DNA from: Octopus sinensis
Lineage: Eukaryota
Assembly (NCBI RefSeq): GCF_006345805.1
Contig: NC_042997.1
Span: 4,402,001-4,466,000, forward strand
Reading direction: 5' to 3'
DNA: 64,000 bases
Made by a program: the position numbers and the translations under genes. Under the pieces are notes generated by a model. That model searched no databases. It was given only the letters and a program-made list of their open reading frames with translations, and was not told where the DNA came from. Of this stretch, positions 10,170 to 23,285 are shown piece by piece; the stretch's first letter is position 1, and each line of letters starts with the position of its first letter.

Positions 10170-10950
10170 GTTCATACCGGTAAACCGAAAACATTCGATA
10201 AGTGCGTTCCACATGAACTCAATGAAAATCAAAACGAGGAATGTATGGAAGCCAGCATTATACTACATTCTCGTCACAAAAATTAATCATTTTTAAATCG
10301 GATGGTAACGTGATGAGAAATGGATACAATACAACCATAAATGCACAATGGCTGGACAAAGTCGAGTCACCAAAACACAGTTCAAAAAGCAAACAATCAT
10401 CAAAAGAAGCTGATGGTGTGTGTTTAGTGGTCTGGAGGTGTGATCAAGTATGATATCATTAAACCTGTCTCATCAATCACGGCCGAAGTATACTGCAGCC
10501 AAGTGGACCAAATGTTGTACAAGCATAAAAAAGAAGAAAATATAAGTTAGATTAGTCAACAGATCCATTCCTATGTTATTGCAAGACAACGCAAAACCAC
10601 ATCGTAAAAACGACATTGGTGAAACTACAGGATTTGGAGTTGGAAGTTTTCCATCATCCACCATATTCACATGATTTCGCCCCCACTGATTACTACTTCT
10701 TCCAGAAATTGGATTACTTTTTGATAGAAAGAAAATGTAATTCCGACAATGCAGTAAAACGGGCCTTCCAATATTTTATTGACACTAGATTATCCAGCTT
10801 TTACAGTTCGTGCTGAACAAGCTACCGTTGAAATGGCAAAATTGCATTGACAATATGTGTATATACTTTGATGAATAAAATTATTCCTTTTGTTTATAAA
10901 ACATAAGCAAACTTCTTATTTTTTCTGTACATTTCTTACATGGCATCCTT
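10170..10950 (+). mobile_element. Degenerate mariner transposase relic
   Basis: VPHELNENQ at ~10205, LLQDNAKPH at ~10575, HPPYSHDFAPTDYYFF (YSPDLAP motif) in ORF 10616-10816. Confidence 0.8.
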
Positions 10951-11469
10951 ATATATATTAATATATATTTCAATAGGAATAAATAAAATGTTTCTCCAAA
11001 ATAAATATATTTATAGAAACTGACACAGACAAAGCATACGCGCGCATATATACATACAATTCACCCACATACAAACTCTCACCGATACACAAATAGTTTA
11101 AACAAATATCCCCATAAACACTCCTAAACATTCATATACAAACATACTTATTTACACTTACACAAAAAATACAATAACTTACTCCAACTTACGGGGCTAA
11201 CCCAGGCAGTGTGTCATGAATGTGTTTATTTTTTGATATCGTTTGTCGCTAAATTGTAGAAAGTATGTTTTTTTTCTTTCTTTTTCTTTTTTCCTTTTTG
11301 AAATACCATGTAAATATTTTAAAAGACTTCAAGGAGACCATCTGTAAGCAATGTCACTGTATAGAATGTAACCCTCTTGAGTGAGGGGCTTCCTTCAACG
11401 CCGGGCACGATTGGGAGCAATCGATTCAATCGGCTTAAGGCGAGCCCTGGATGTCATGGTGGAACACGA

Positions 11470-12130
11470 GTCCTTTATAAATGTCCAATTCTGGTCTTTT
11501 TTCCTTGATTGCTTCATTACCGTTTCATCAGTTCTTGACAGTTAACATCTGAATTGATGGTTTGGCTGCTTGGAGGTGGCTCAAAATACACAACACCATT
11601 GTAATCCAAGGAAATTGACAGCTTGACCATTTTTTCATGGAATTCAGATTTTGATGAGTTTTGTACTTGTTTCTTACGCTTGGACAACGAAATGTTTCGA
11701 TTGAAATAATTGTAGAAAATCGATTTTTCATGACCAGTGTTGATTCATTTCAAAAGAAGGTCGATTTCGTTACGATAGCGATGCATATCGCAAATATTGA
11801 TTCGTTGTTTTAAGTGAATCTCTTTCAATTGATATGGAATCCCAGTGTCGAACTGCTTAACTAGTTCGTGTGTGATATGTTTAACCTGTCTCAAATCTCT
11901 CCCACTTTTATATGACTCTCAGATCCAATTATCGTTTTGATTCCCGCATCATCAACTTCATTGGGTCGACGAGAACATTGTTCAGCTTATTCTGAAATAT
12001 CTCCAGAACGGAATATTTTAACGCATTTCTGGCATATGCATTCCGATAAGCATTCAACACCATAAACTTCACATATCTATTTTTGAGCCAGAGCCACTTT
12101 CTTGTCTTTACGGAAATAAAAATGCAAAAT
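11470..12130 (-). mobile_element. Degenerate mariner relic
   Basis: DNA similarity to the mariner relic at 53000-53975 (cttgattgcttc..., aattgacagc..., catatcgcaaatattga..., gaatctctttcaatt..., catcaacttca). Confidence 0.65.
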
Positions 12131-12199
12131 ATGTGAAAACATTCATCTTCGCAATCCAAGTTAAATTTGAAGCGCTCATGAATTTTATGTGTGAACCAC

Positions 12200-12617
12200 A
12201 TTCCAAGTATTTGAAGTTGTTGATATTGATGCATCTCCCACATATATCTCCACATGCTTTTACTAAGAACATCAAAACATGCGTGTATATTACCTTCTGC
12301 AATAGTGGGATGGGTGTGTTGGATAAAATATATGCCATCCTTTACATAACTGGGTATTAAAGGAAACAAATGTTTAAGGGGTATATCTAAAAAATGACTT
12401 ACTTGTTGTGCTGGCGTTTGAGGACCAATAACTATTGGTCTTAGTTTGAAGTCAGCAGACGTTAGTATTTTTACGTACTGGTTCTTCTGTTTATTTATGG
12501 TACTTTGTATTTCGAAGCCTTTGTGGATTTTGCGTAATCTGTGGAAATTGCTATCTTCGATTGCATAGTTCCATATACAATCTCTGGAATCTTGGAATTC
12601 ATTGATATTCCAAAATT

Positions 12618-12620
<3 letters not shown>
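12200..12620 (-). mobile_element. Penelope-like RT fragment
   Basis: NFHRLRKIHK ... FKLRPIVIGPQTPAQQVSHFLDIPLKHLFPLIPSYVKD ... CFDV aligns by eye with FYGIPKIHK ... LKLRPIIAGPACETHRLSNFLDTLLKPLLKHVKSYIRD ... SFDV of ORF 6265-8418. Confidence 0.8.
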
Positions 12621-12656
<36 letters not shown>

Positions 12657-14146
12657 GGAGATCTAATAGCTTATCAAGTGTCTTACTTTGTGATCGTTTG
12701 CTGAAACAAAAGCAATCGCAGCGTGGAAGGTATTTATAAGCCATGTAAAACACATGCAGCACCAAATTCTGTCAGTAAACAGATCACGGTCTGAAATGGA
12801 CGAATATATATTGACGTAACTTGAATTTAAATGTTGAAGTGAATGTAATGTTTTTTCCTGTGTAAGTTTCTTAAATGGTTTATAAACACCTACCACGCTG
12901 CAAAAGGGTTTGTTATAATAATATTCCACAGCCATACCAACAATCCAACATACCCCCATCATAATTTTGGTTTCGACACCTGGGTAGTATCATTCAATCC
13001 GTAGGTGTCAATATCACTAAAATAATTGTGTTTGGGGAACAAACAAACCAAAGAAACCACAACTTTCAAACACGTTTACCCAATGTGCAACCGTGTCGAT
13101 AATTAAATTCCATAAGTAAATTACAACCACTCCAAAATACGTAACTACACAGGGACAGCTCTATTCAGTCATTTACAATTATAATCCCTAGCGTAATATA
13201 AAAGTACGTGCTTAATAACGACATTATTTCAATTTATCAATATAGAGGCAGGGTTAAATATAAACTTTACTAAAACTACAAGAGACATTTAAAACAACGT
13301 ACATTATATCGTTATAAATAGTAAACTGCAATAACTAAATTATATGCTAATTTGCGATCCTTATTAATAATAATCCTTATAAATAATAATCTAACCGGTA
13401 TTCCATAGATACTACTATAAACAGAACACGATTGAAATTAATTTAACTAATATTTTTTATGTGTGAAATACATTATTTCATCATTCAAAAGTTAATAATA
13501 GAACACATTAATATTTCACTGCTACAAGTTATACTATTAAATTAGCAGTGACTAATATGCAACTAAATTTCATTAACTAGGAACTAATAAAAGTACTTTT
13601 AATAAATTAATATTATAAACTTTGCTAAGTTTAAAGCTAATAAACTACAAGACAATAAAACTATAAGTATTAACAGTTATATGTTTAATCAGACACGCCA
13701 CACCCCAACGAAGAATTTAAACGGTGACATCAAATATTGATGATGAGGTGCGTCATTACCACTTTCTCATGTGTTTCAATACTGGTGACGTAGTAAGCAA
13801 ATAACTAGAATCGTAAACTTTCAAATAGTTGGAAATATTTGCTAAGCTGAAGTCTAGATATAAATTCATATTTATTTAAAATTTCAAGTTTCCCACGTAA
13901 TATGCGATTAAATATTTTAACCAATTTACCATGTGTCTAACCTTGTTTTAATAAATGTATTAACGGGTTATTTATTCTGTCCCAAAAATTATAAGCAATA
14001 TTAATAAAAATACTAACGAATGGCCCTGCAAAAACACCATAACCAATACGAAAAGGAATTTTTACTACTGAACCATGGCATTGTAGCCACTTGGAAACCA
14101 AAATTTCCTGTTTTATCATAGAGGGCATTACATATTTCAGTGTTAT

Positions 14147-14189
<43 letters not shown>

Positions 14190-14239
14190 AAATATTGAAG
14201 TTCTAAATCTCTCGTAGAGACATGTACGGTGGTGGGGCG

Positions 14240-14566
14240 ATAGAATGGTTGTATACTGTCAATCTAACAAGAACGTGACAGTAGGGGGTACACCACCGCT
14301 GTATAGCCCTAGGAAACATCGAACGCCTGATAGCTTTGACACATTTTCCCCTGTGTCCTTATATACATATACGAAGGGGAGACAAACACACCCGGCTGCC
14401 GGAACTGCATCTAGGGGACACCGTGTTTCAGGATCGTTGTCCTTCATCGGCCTAGAGTAGCAGACACCGGTCAGCCGGTGATATTTGCCTCGACTTCGTA
14501 ATTGTATATATCTATATTCAGTGAAGTTTATTCACTTGTTAGATTGACAGTATACAACCATTCTAT
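14240..14566. mobile_element. Fold-back element with 32-bp inverted arms next to (TA)n, containing a hammerhead-like motif
   Basis: 14240-14271 is the reverse complement of 14535-14566; hammerhead-like motif at 14410-14456 on the minus strand. Confidence 0.65.
14410..14456 (-). ncRNA. Hammerhead-ribozyme-like motif (two deviations from consensus)
   Basis: TCTAGG-CCGATGA-AGGA-CAACGA-TCCT-GAAA-CACGGTG-TC-C-CCTAGA: 6-bp helix I, 4-bp helix II, near-palindromic helix III; U4>C and one extra C. Confidence 0.6.
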
Positions 14567-14719
14567 ATATATATATATATTATATATTATATATATATAT
14601 AAACATATATACATATATATATATATATATATACATGTATACATATATACATTTATACATATATATATACATATATATATATATACATATATAATATATA
14701 TATATATATATATATCTAT

Positions 14720-14761
<42 letters not shown>

Positions 14762-16163
14762 CACATATACGCACATACATATATACCCACACACATGCAC
14801 ACACACACATACGCACATGCATGCATGCATGCACACGCGCACACCTACACGCATACATGCATACATGCATACACACACACACACGCACGGACACATAAAT
14901 ACATACACACACATACATACACCCATACACATATATGCATCCTACACACACATACATACACACTCACACATACATACACACACACACACTCACTCACACA
15001 CCTGTATGTACGCGCACACACATGTACATACACACACTTCCACACACCCACACACACACACACGGACATACATCTATGCACACACATATATACACACATA
15101 CTTAAATACATTCATCGGACACACTGACACCCAGACATACACACAGACACACTCACACATCCACACACACACATACTTACACACACACTCGCAGGCGCGC
15201 GCACACACGCGCTTGCGCCGGCTCGCGCACGCATACGCGCATGCATGCACCTCGCTCTTGGACCCGACGAGATCTCCGGCTCGTTTCTGGGGCCGTCGCC
15301 TGTCGTTGTTTTCTCCCACGCCCGTTGCCGCGGGACCACTCTTCCAACTTCCCCTCAGCTGGAGTTTTTTTCCTTATAAACCCCCCTTTTTTGTTAGACA
15401 CACGCGCACACATATATACACCCACTCACACACACACATTTGCTTAAATATATACATTACTCTTACACACACTTCAAATCTACTCGCCATACATACAACT
15501 ACGACACTGGACACACACACACTACCACTCAACACACACGCTGGCACGTTGGATACGCCCCCACCCCTTCCCCTCCCTCCCTTCCTCCTTCCTTCATTTT
15601 TTTACTACTGACCACTGTCTGCTATGCCTACTAGTGTTCGCCCTACCTCACACGCCTACACACAGACGCACACACTAACATATACATATATTTTTTTTAT
15701 CTCGCCTCACACACACATACACACACGCACACGCACACACTCACACATACACACACATCTGTTGCGTTACCAACCCTGTCTCCACTCTTTTGGCTTTAAA
15801 AACCTACTTTGCTCTTGTTATCGTAAACTTCCGCCTTTCACCATGTGTACTTCGTAAACACAAGTCGTTTTTTTTCTCCCTCTTGTTGCCCACCTTGGGA
15901 TCATTCTTTCCTCTCTCTTCCTTCTTTATGTTTCCGACGAAGAGCTCCGCTCGAATCGTCATACCTTCCTGCTTCCATCTTTCCTGAGCGCCTATTAATA
16001 ATATACTGTAATTGTTCCACGTGTTGTGTTTTTCTGTTTTCCCGTTGGATTAAAATTACATATATATGTATATACATATATATACATATATATATATATA
16101 TATACATATATAATATATATATGCATATATATATATACATACATATATATATGCATGTATGTA

Positions 16164-16253
<90 letters not shown>

Positions 16254-16280
16254 TGTGTGTGTGTGTGTATATATATACAC
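14567..16280. repeat. Long compound microsatellite / low-complexity region (TA, CA, CATA)
   Basis: Direct inspection; unique-looking islands at ~15250-15400 and ~15760-16050. Confidence 0.85.
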
Positions 16281-17358
16281 AAACTAGTTATCAATGTGTC
16301 GCACACAAATTAGTTCCTTCATTTCATTGCATATTTAAAAAATTTCTAAGCCTCCACATATGTACTCCGTTATACGTGACGTGTTATGCAGTTTTATCTT
16401 ACCTTAATCTAGACGAAAATTCCATTTGAAATTAACAGATTACATTTTGTTTTCGTCATGGAACGATAGGCACATAATAAGTATTACAGTTGCAATTAGA
16501 TTTGCCTAACGTAAAACAATGTGTATATATATTCTCTAGTTTTTGCCTCATGATTAATGTGCATAACATAATCTTCCAGGCAAAAGTTATTTCGCACGTT
16601 TTTTTGTAAACATAATTAGAGTATTAAATTAATATTTTGCATACAACAGAATGAAATATACGTATATATCCCCACCATATTTATGTATGTATGTATGTAT
16701 ACACACACACACATATATACAGTACTGATAATCAGAACGGAGATTTTTTCACATCTATAAAAAGATATTTACACCATACATTTAGTGTGCGTGTGTGCTC
16801 GCGCTTCTGTGTGTTATGTATATGTATGTGCATGTGCATGTACAACTGCACGCAATTGTCTGGCACCTACTAAACAGAGCTCAAAATTAATTATTGATTT
16901 TCATAGTGGACACAGTGTAGGCTTATTTCTGTATTCATTACCTGAGCAAAATTACGGGAATCAGAAGTATTGACGTAGATTTAAATATTAGGACATTAGC
17001 TTTGATGAAGAATTAGAGACGAATGTACGAACATATTTCAACGACACTGTTGTATTGAAAATTTGGGATGGACTCTCAATACGTGCTTTATATTTGTCGC
17101 TATGAGAAGGCTTATCAAAAGTCTTTCCACACACTATTACATAGCATGATGTTAAGTAATAACAGATCCTCTTGTAGGATTCAAAAAAGACCAATATATC
17201 GTCATTAGTCGGGTATATTTGTCAATTAACTGGTGAATGGATGTCAAATAACATCACCTAGAGACTAGCAGAACTCCCTGCTTCATAGATGAATCCCACC
17301 GTGCAAACCTCGCTTCGCCGACGAGAGGATGATTCTAAAATATCATCTCTGTCCCTCT

Positions 17359-17390
<32 letters not shown>

Positions 17391-17393
<3 letters not shown>

Positions 17394-17783
17394 CAAAATA
17401 AGCAACAAGAATAACTCCGGTAATTTGGTACGATCGTTTCGCACTACAGCATTTTATTAAATGTTGTAAATATTACAACAGTTTTAAAAATGCTGAGCAC
17501 TCATCAGCCATTCATAGAGGTTTTCCATTAATACAAAATGTTCATATCAAGTGGTAACAATATGTTCTTAAAATTTAAATCCACATCTTTGTCTATATAT
17601 CTACATTCTCTATAATGTTACCACTTGATATGAAAACTTTGTATTAATGGAAAACCTCTATAAATGGCCGATGAGTGCTCACCATGTTAAAACTGTTGTA
17701 GTACTTACAACATTTAATAAAATGATGTACTGCAAAACGATCGTACCAAATTACCGGAATTATTCTTCTTGCTTATTTTCATT
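17391..17783. mobile_element. Palindromic fold-back element (~170-bp arms) abutting (TA)n, with a hammerhead motif in each arm
   Basis: ~17391-17560 is the reverse complement of ~17613-17783, with several mismatches. Confidence 0.8.
17426..17510 (-). ncRNA. Type-I hammerhead ribozyme with extended, branched helix II
   Basis: TGG-CTGATGA-GTGC-TCAGCATTTT...AAAATGCTG-TA-GTGC-GAAA-CGATCG-TA-CCA: intact core, palindromic ACGATCGT helix III. The plus-strand mirror copy (17665-17748) has core mutations (CCGATGA, AAAA). Confidence 0.7.
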
Positions 17784-17861
17784 ATAATCACCCCAAGGAT
17801 TTATATGGATAACACCATACAGAGTTCTGGTGTATCTAAATTAAGTACGATATTCATTTGA

Positions 17862-17948
<87 letters not shown>

Positions 17949-18967
17949 GAGAGATAGACAGTTAGATAGATAGATATGATTGTCACTAAATGTGATTAGG
18001 GTGATAAAAAACACGTGCATTGCAATTTCTCATTCTGTATATATGATTTCATCATAGAAATCTATGGATGATTTAGCAAATCGTTAATGGGTATATATAA
18101 AATTAAAATAGACAGCAGTTTGCAATATTTTACCAAGACTGTAAACTACAATTGTCACTAAATATGACTAGAGTGTTAAAAACAGCTAAATTCATAGAAA
18201 CAAGAGCGAAACTGCTCCAATCATGTAGTCTAGGCAGATGATTATTTACATATATACAGACAGGGACTATAATCGTCAGAATATGCACATTTAAGGACAA
18301 TTATAGGCGTCAGCAAAAAGAATTCTCGAAAGTTGCGTTCCGACGTTCATTGTGTCTGTCTGTATTGATGTATGTATACAATTACGTGCTTTTACATAGC
18401 ATTAGTTCATTTTAGCTTTTATTTATAGCGATGCGTAGGTGTGTCTGACACCCTATTCCCATTTAGCGACAATTACAGTTTTCAGTTTTGTTAAAACAAT
18501 GCAGACTGCTATTTATTTTAATTCTATATATACATTTGTGTGTGTGTGTGTGTGTGTGTGTAGCAATTTAAGTATGTATGTGCGTATGCATGAATATCCG
18601 TATACAAGCTGCTAAATTCTGATGATTTTATATATCTTCATTTAAATATTTTTCATTTAGCATGATATCATTAAATGATATATATTATAGGCGCAAAACA
18701 TTCCGAAACTAACGGCTAAATTACCATGAACTATTAGAAGTTTACGTCTATAAATTATCAAGTGAAAATCTAATCAACTTTCACTCATTCCTCTGACATG
18801 CGGAAATATATGAATGAATCCCGATGGACATATTCTATATTTGTTTCACATTTCCCTGCAGAGAAGGATTTAATATCTGTTGGAAATCCATAGCCTTAGT
18901 CGTCAAGTATTCTGTTTTAGTGGGCAACGTACCTACTTCCATGCTGCCAAGAATGATAGCTTCCTAA

Positions 18968-19233
18968 TGTAGGTGCACATCAAATGTCTTGTCATTAATT
19001 GAAAAATAGATATCAAAATGACTGATGAAATTTTCAAAGGAATTACACAAGAAAGTATAACAATTGCATAATAATGTAAAAACGTTCTTTTTTTCCTTTT
19101 GATGTGCTGTAAGAGGGGTTTGAGTCTTCTCGACACAGTTCACTTTACGATATGATATCTGCTTCTCAGGACGTGCGACTCCAATTTCCTTTTCTCTCGA
19201 TAATATAATGATAGCTTGCGTAGTGTCAACAGT
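18968..19233. repeat. Local duplication, copy 1 (copy 2 at 22737-23002)
   Basis: Colinear, gap-free similarity tgtaggtgcacatcaaatg...caacagt. Confidence 0.9.
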
Positions 19234-19434
19234 AACAATCTTGCACTAACGCCTCGTAGTCATTTTGTTGGATTCTTTCAAGCCATATTTATACTTCATT
19301 TACATATTTGTTGTTTATAAGATTTCTCCTTTCTTAAATTTTGTATTATACGTACAATAAATCAGAAATATGGAAACCGTGTAAATATTAGTTAAAAAGG
19401 TTATCACAAGGCCAGCAGCTTTGAAAGGGATTAC

Positions 19435-19600
19435 GTCGATTACATCGATTCCAGTGCTCAGTTGGCACTTAGTTGTATCGACCCAGGAAGGATAAAAGGT
19501 AAAGTCAGCCGCGGAGTAAGTTGAACTCAGAATGCAAAGACGGATGAAATGCCGATAAACATTTCGCCGGGTGTGCTAATGATTCCGAATGATCGCCGCA
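19435..19600 (-). mobile_element. SINE (degenerate)
   Basis: Minus strand: ...ttagcacacccggcgaaatgtttatcggcatttcatccgtctttgcattctgagttcaactt...cctttta tccttcctgggtcgata...; related copy at ~51450-51680 (+). Confidence 0.6.
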
Positions 19601-21974
19601 TATCATTTTAAGTATTAGAAAGCTATTATTTGCGAGAAGCAAGTACATAAGTGGGTAAACACATTCTTTTCATGCATTTAATACTCAAAATGTGATGTGG
19701 GAGAATTTCCGCCGCAATGATTTTACGATTGTTTGACACTCCTTGGTGAAAATATAGCTAATCACTCTTGCTAAGCCATAACTGGCACAGCAGCTTCCCA
19801 TAGTTGGCATCAATTTGCTCATTTATGCTTAAGAGGTTTTGCCATTAAGTAAACTACTTAATACCGAAAATTCTTAAGCATTTTGTGCACAACACAGCTT
19901 GAATCAAGAGTAATTAAAAGAATTAAATGTTAGAAAGACATTAGTTGCGATAAACAACGATATAATACAGTAAACGCATTCCTCTTAAAAATTCGATGTC
20001 CAGTAGAAACCGAGAACAGAAAGGGTGGTGTCTTTCGGAAGATAATTAAACAATTTCTTGAACACGCTTTTTAAAGAAGATATAGGTGCACGGATTTCAT
20101 GAATGAAACGTACCACCAAGAGATTATCCCTTTCGTTCCAGACATTGAAAGCACTGATGAAAAGTGATTGCTTTTCCATGTATATAGTTATTATGATTTA
20201 TGCCTTTCTAATAGCATAATATATTTCAGAAATCCTACATCTATACACTAACAAATGTATAAAATTCACATGCCTATAATAAGTGTTCCAAACATTACAA
20301 CATTGAGTTAATAATAATAACGAAATGTGTTATAAAAAAAATGAGTGTCTTAGAATGTGACAAAGCGATAGGAACCATAGTTTAACCAATGCAGGCGAGT
20401 CTCATAGCGTTACTGGAAGAAATGTTAAATGAAATTACGATTAATACTTACTGACGCCTACAGATAGCAGAATTTAGAAATTGCTGCAAGATATCTTAGT
20501 GAGGAAAGGGATATTTCTCTAGCAGATGCCCTTCATATACATGGCTTCGTTGGTTGTATGCGTGTATCTCTTTTATATCTCTGGCTTGTTTTCAATTTAT
20601 TTTCTCTCGTTTCTTATTTAACGAAACTGTATCAACGGATTTTATATAAGAAATACATTTGTGCATATTCTGTATAAAGTTCAGTAACAGAACAACTTAT
20701 TTCTTGCTTCTGCAGATATGTGTATAACATAATTTTCTGTAATTCATTGAGAACATCACTATTTTGTGTGCTGAAAATATAATTTTGAACCAATATCTCT
20801 GGACCAGATTTCCCTTATGTCCACACCACTCTTACTCATATATATCAGTAGCCTATATCATATCATCTAAATTATATCGGATTTCATATCACACTAAACA
20901 TTTTAATAAACTATAGACATCATACAGAGCCCTTCAAGGACTCAGGAAAAAACCTGCTCTGTTACTACAAACAAACCAACAGAAAATATTTGTAACAGGC
21001 AATTTTAAACATTAAGAGAACTAGTATTACACTAGATCAAATTTGTATCCCATCATCCGGAATAAGCGGAAATACATTTTTATGGAAACATTTAGACTTC
21101 ACACACTCCCGCTGATGTCCGCTCAAATGATCTCTGTCACCCAACATTAGAATCATTATACACCAAGTATTTCATCCCATCCTGCCAGCCGAAAACTATT
21201 TCAGATTCTAACGGTCTGGAAATAGAATATAAATTGAGTTGCACAAATGATATCAGTTCACACAATCTGAGTGAAATCTGCATTAAAATGAAGGCATTCG
21301 AATCACTTAAAATGTCCAGTTAGCACCAATAACATATTTCAAAAGCACCAACTTGATTCAGTAACTCTGCGCCGAAGGAAATTATTTGAATTATGTATTC
21401 TTGCCACATGCTTTCTGAGTTCGAACCAACGCGCAGTACACTGCTAGACACCTTACAATCTCAGTGAGATGTCTTGCGCTATTCGTTTATGGATTTAGAG
21501 AACGGATTTTAAATCTCTCCTTGACTTAAATGTGACGTAAATAATTAATCACTAACTGCCTTTGATTAGATCACTTCGCAATTTTCTGCGTTTAGCAGAA
21601 TCCACACACTGTCAAGTATTCGAACTATATGTAACTTCTGAGAATGGATATTTTCCCGTCCCCGCCAGCTTTTGATAGTATGTCACAGTACGATGATTAT
21701 AGTCTGAGAATTCTGTACAGAATAGAGAAACATCCAACAACTAGAACATTGATGGAAATTTATATAAGCTTTAACATTTAAATAGATCATATGACGCTCA
21801 ATAATGCTGTAAAAGAAATGGTACATTACATCATTTAAAAAGCGCATAATTGTTTATGAATAAGTATTATTTAAACGGCTTAGATTTTGTTTCTGTTAAT
21901 GCTAAGTAAGGCAATTAATTTCTTACTAAAATATTTATAGATTATTTAATAATTTAAATACTATTGACTTCAGG

Positions 21975-22290
21975 AACAGGAGTACACCGTTGGTTACAAC
22001 GACGAGGGTCCCTGCTGATATGATCAACGGAACAGCTTGCACGTGAAATTAGCTGAACACCACACAGACATGTGTATCCTTAACATAGTTCTCAGAGAGA
22101 TTCAGCATACACAGAGTGTGACAATGCTAGCCCTTTGAAATACAGGTATTACACGTTTTTGCCAGTTCAGTGAACTGGAGCAACGTGAAATAAAATGTCT
22201 TGCTCAAGTACACAATGCATCGCCGGGAATTGAACTCATTCCCTTACTATCGTGAGCCGAATGTCCTAACAAGTAAGCCACTAAGCCTTG
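21975..22290 (-). mobile_element. tRNA-derived SINE
   Basis: Same head and core as 1946-2281 (gtgaactggagcaacgtgaaataaa...tcttgctcaag), with a different 3' body. Confidence 0.75.
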
Positions 22291-22736
22291 CATATTTCTG
22301 AAACATGAAATAAAATGATAACATCAATAAGGCAATGTATCACCAGATTTAGATAGATATGACAGGGGAAATTTCTTGAGCATCATACATTAAACAAGTA
22401 CACGAGTGTTTAAAATTTTAAAGAAAACGAAGAATAAAATATGAATGTGCTACATGAAAATTATATTAATAACAGAAACAGATATATAGTCTTTAAATAT
22501 TTCTTGAGGAACTCTTCGTTAAATATCATGGAATGTGATGAAATGCAAAACATTTATCTATTTAAAGGCAAAACATATATATATATATATATGCGTTCAC
22601 TGTATGATATTGTTGTTTATCGCAACTAATGTCTTTCTAACACTTAAATTCTTTTAATTACTTTTGATTCAAGCTGTGTTGTGCACAAAACGCTGAAGAA
22701 TTTTCGGAATTAAGGTTATGGGTTTCCGACTTATAT

Positions 22737-23002
22737 TGTAGGTGCACATCAAATGTCTTGTCATTAATTGAAAAATAGATATCAAAAAGACTGATCAAAT
22801 TTTCAAAGGAACTACACAAGAAAGAATAACCTTTGCATAAGAATGTAAAAAAGTTCATTTTATCCTTTTGATGTGCTGTAAGAGGGGTTTGAATCTTCTC
22901 CACACACTTCCCCTTACGATATGATGTCTGCTTCTCAGAACGTACGACTCCAATTTCCTTTTCCCTCGATAATATAATGATAGCTGGCTTAGTGCCAACA
23001 GT
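22737..23002. repeat. Local duplication, copy 2
   Basis: Matches 18968-19233; ends where a SINE begins. Confidence 0.9.
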
Positions 23003-23251
23003 GGAGGCGCAATGGCCCAGTGGTTAGAGCAGCAGACTCGCAGGACGGGCGTTGTGAGTGTTTACTGGGCGAAAACACCTGAAAGCTCCACGACGCTCCG
23101 GCACGGGGTGGTGATCCCTGCTGTACTCTTTCACCACTCTGTTGGCCTGCTCACTTAGCCAGCGGGGTGGCGTCATTCGAAATCAAAAACAATGCGAACG
23201 CATTGTGACCAGCGACGTGTAACTACATCTGATGGACTGGTCGGTCACGTG

Positions 23252-23252
<1 letters not shown>
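23003..23252 (+). mobile_element. tRNA-derived SINE (B-box region deleted)
   Basis: Starts GGAGGCGCAATGGCCCAGTGGTTAGAGCAGC (A box); ends at a (TA)n tract. Confidence 0.65.
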
Positions 23253-23284
<32 letters not shown>

Positions 23285-23285
23285 T

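Noticed and set aside
11929-12765. 278-aa ORF as a novel RT-mariner fusion protein
   Set aside because: Chance read-through across a TA tract, a decayed PLE RT fragment and a mariner relic; no intact catalytic domain.
19985-20179. 64-aa ATG-initiated ORF (MEKQSLFISAF...)
   Set aside because: No recognisable domain or convincing splice context; length is within chance expectation.
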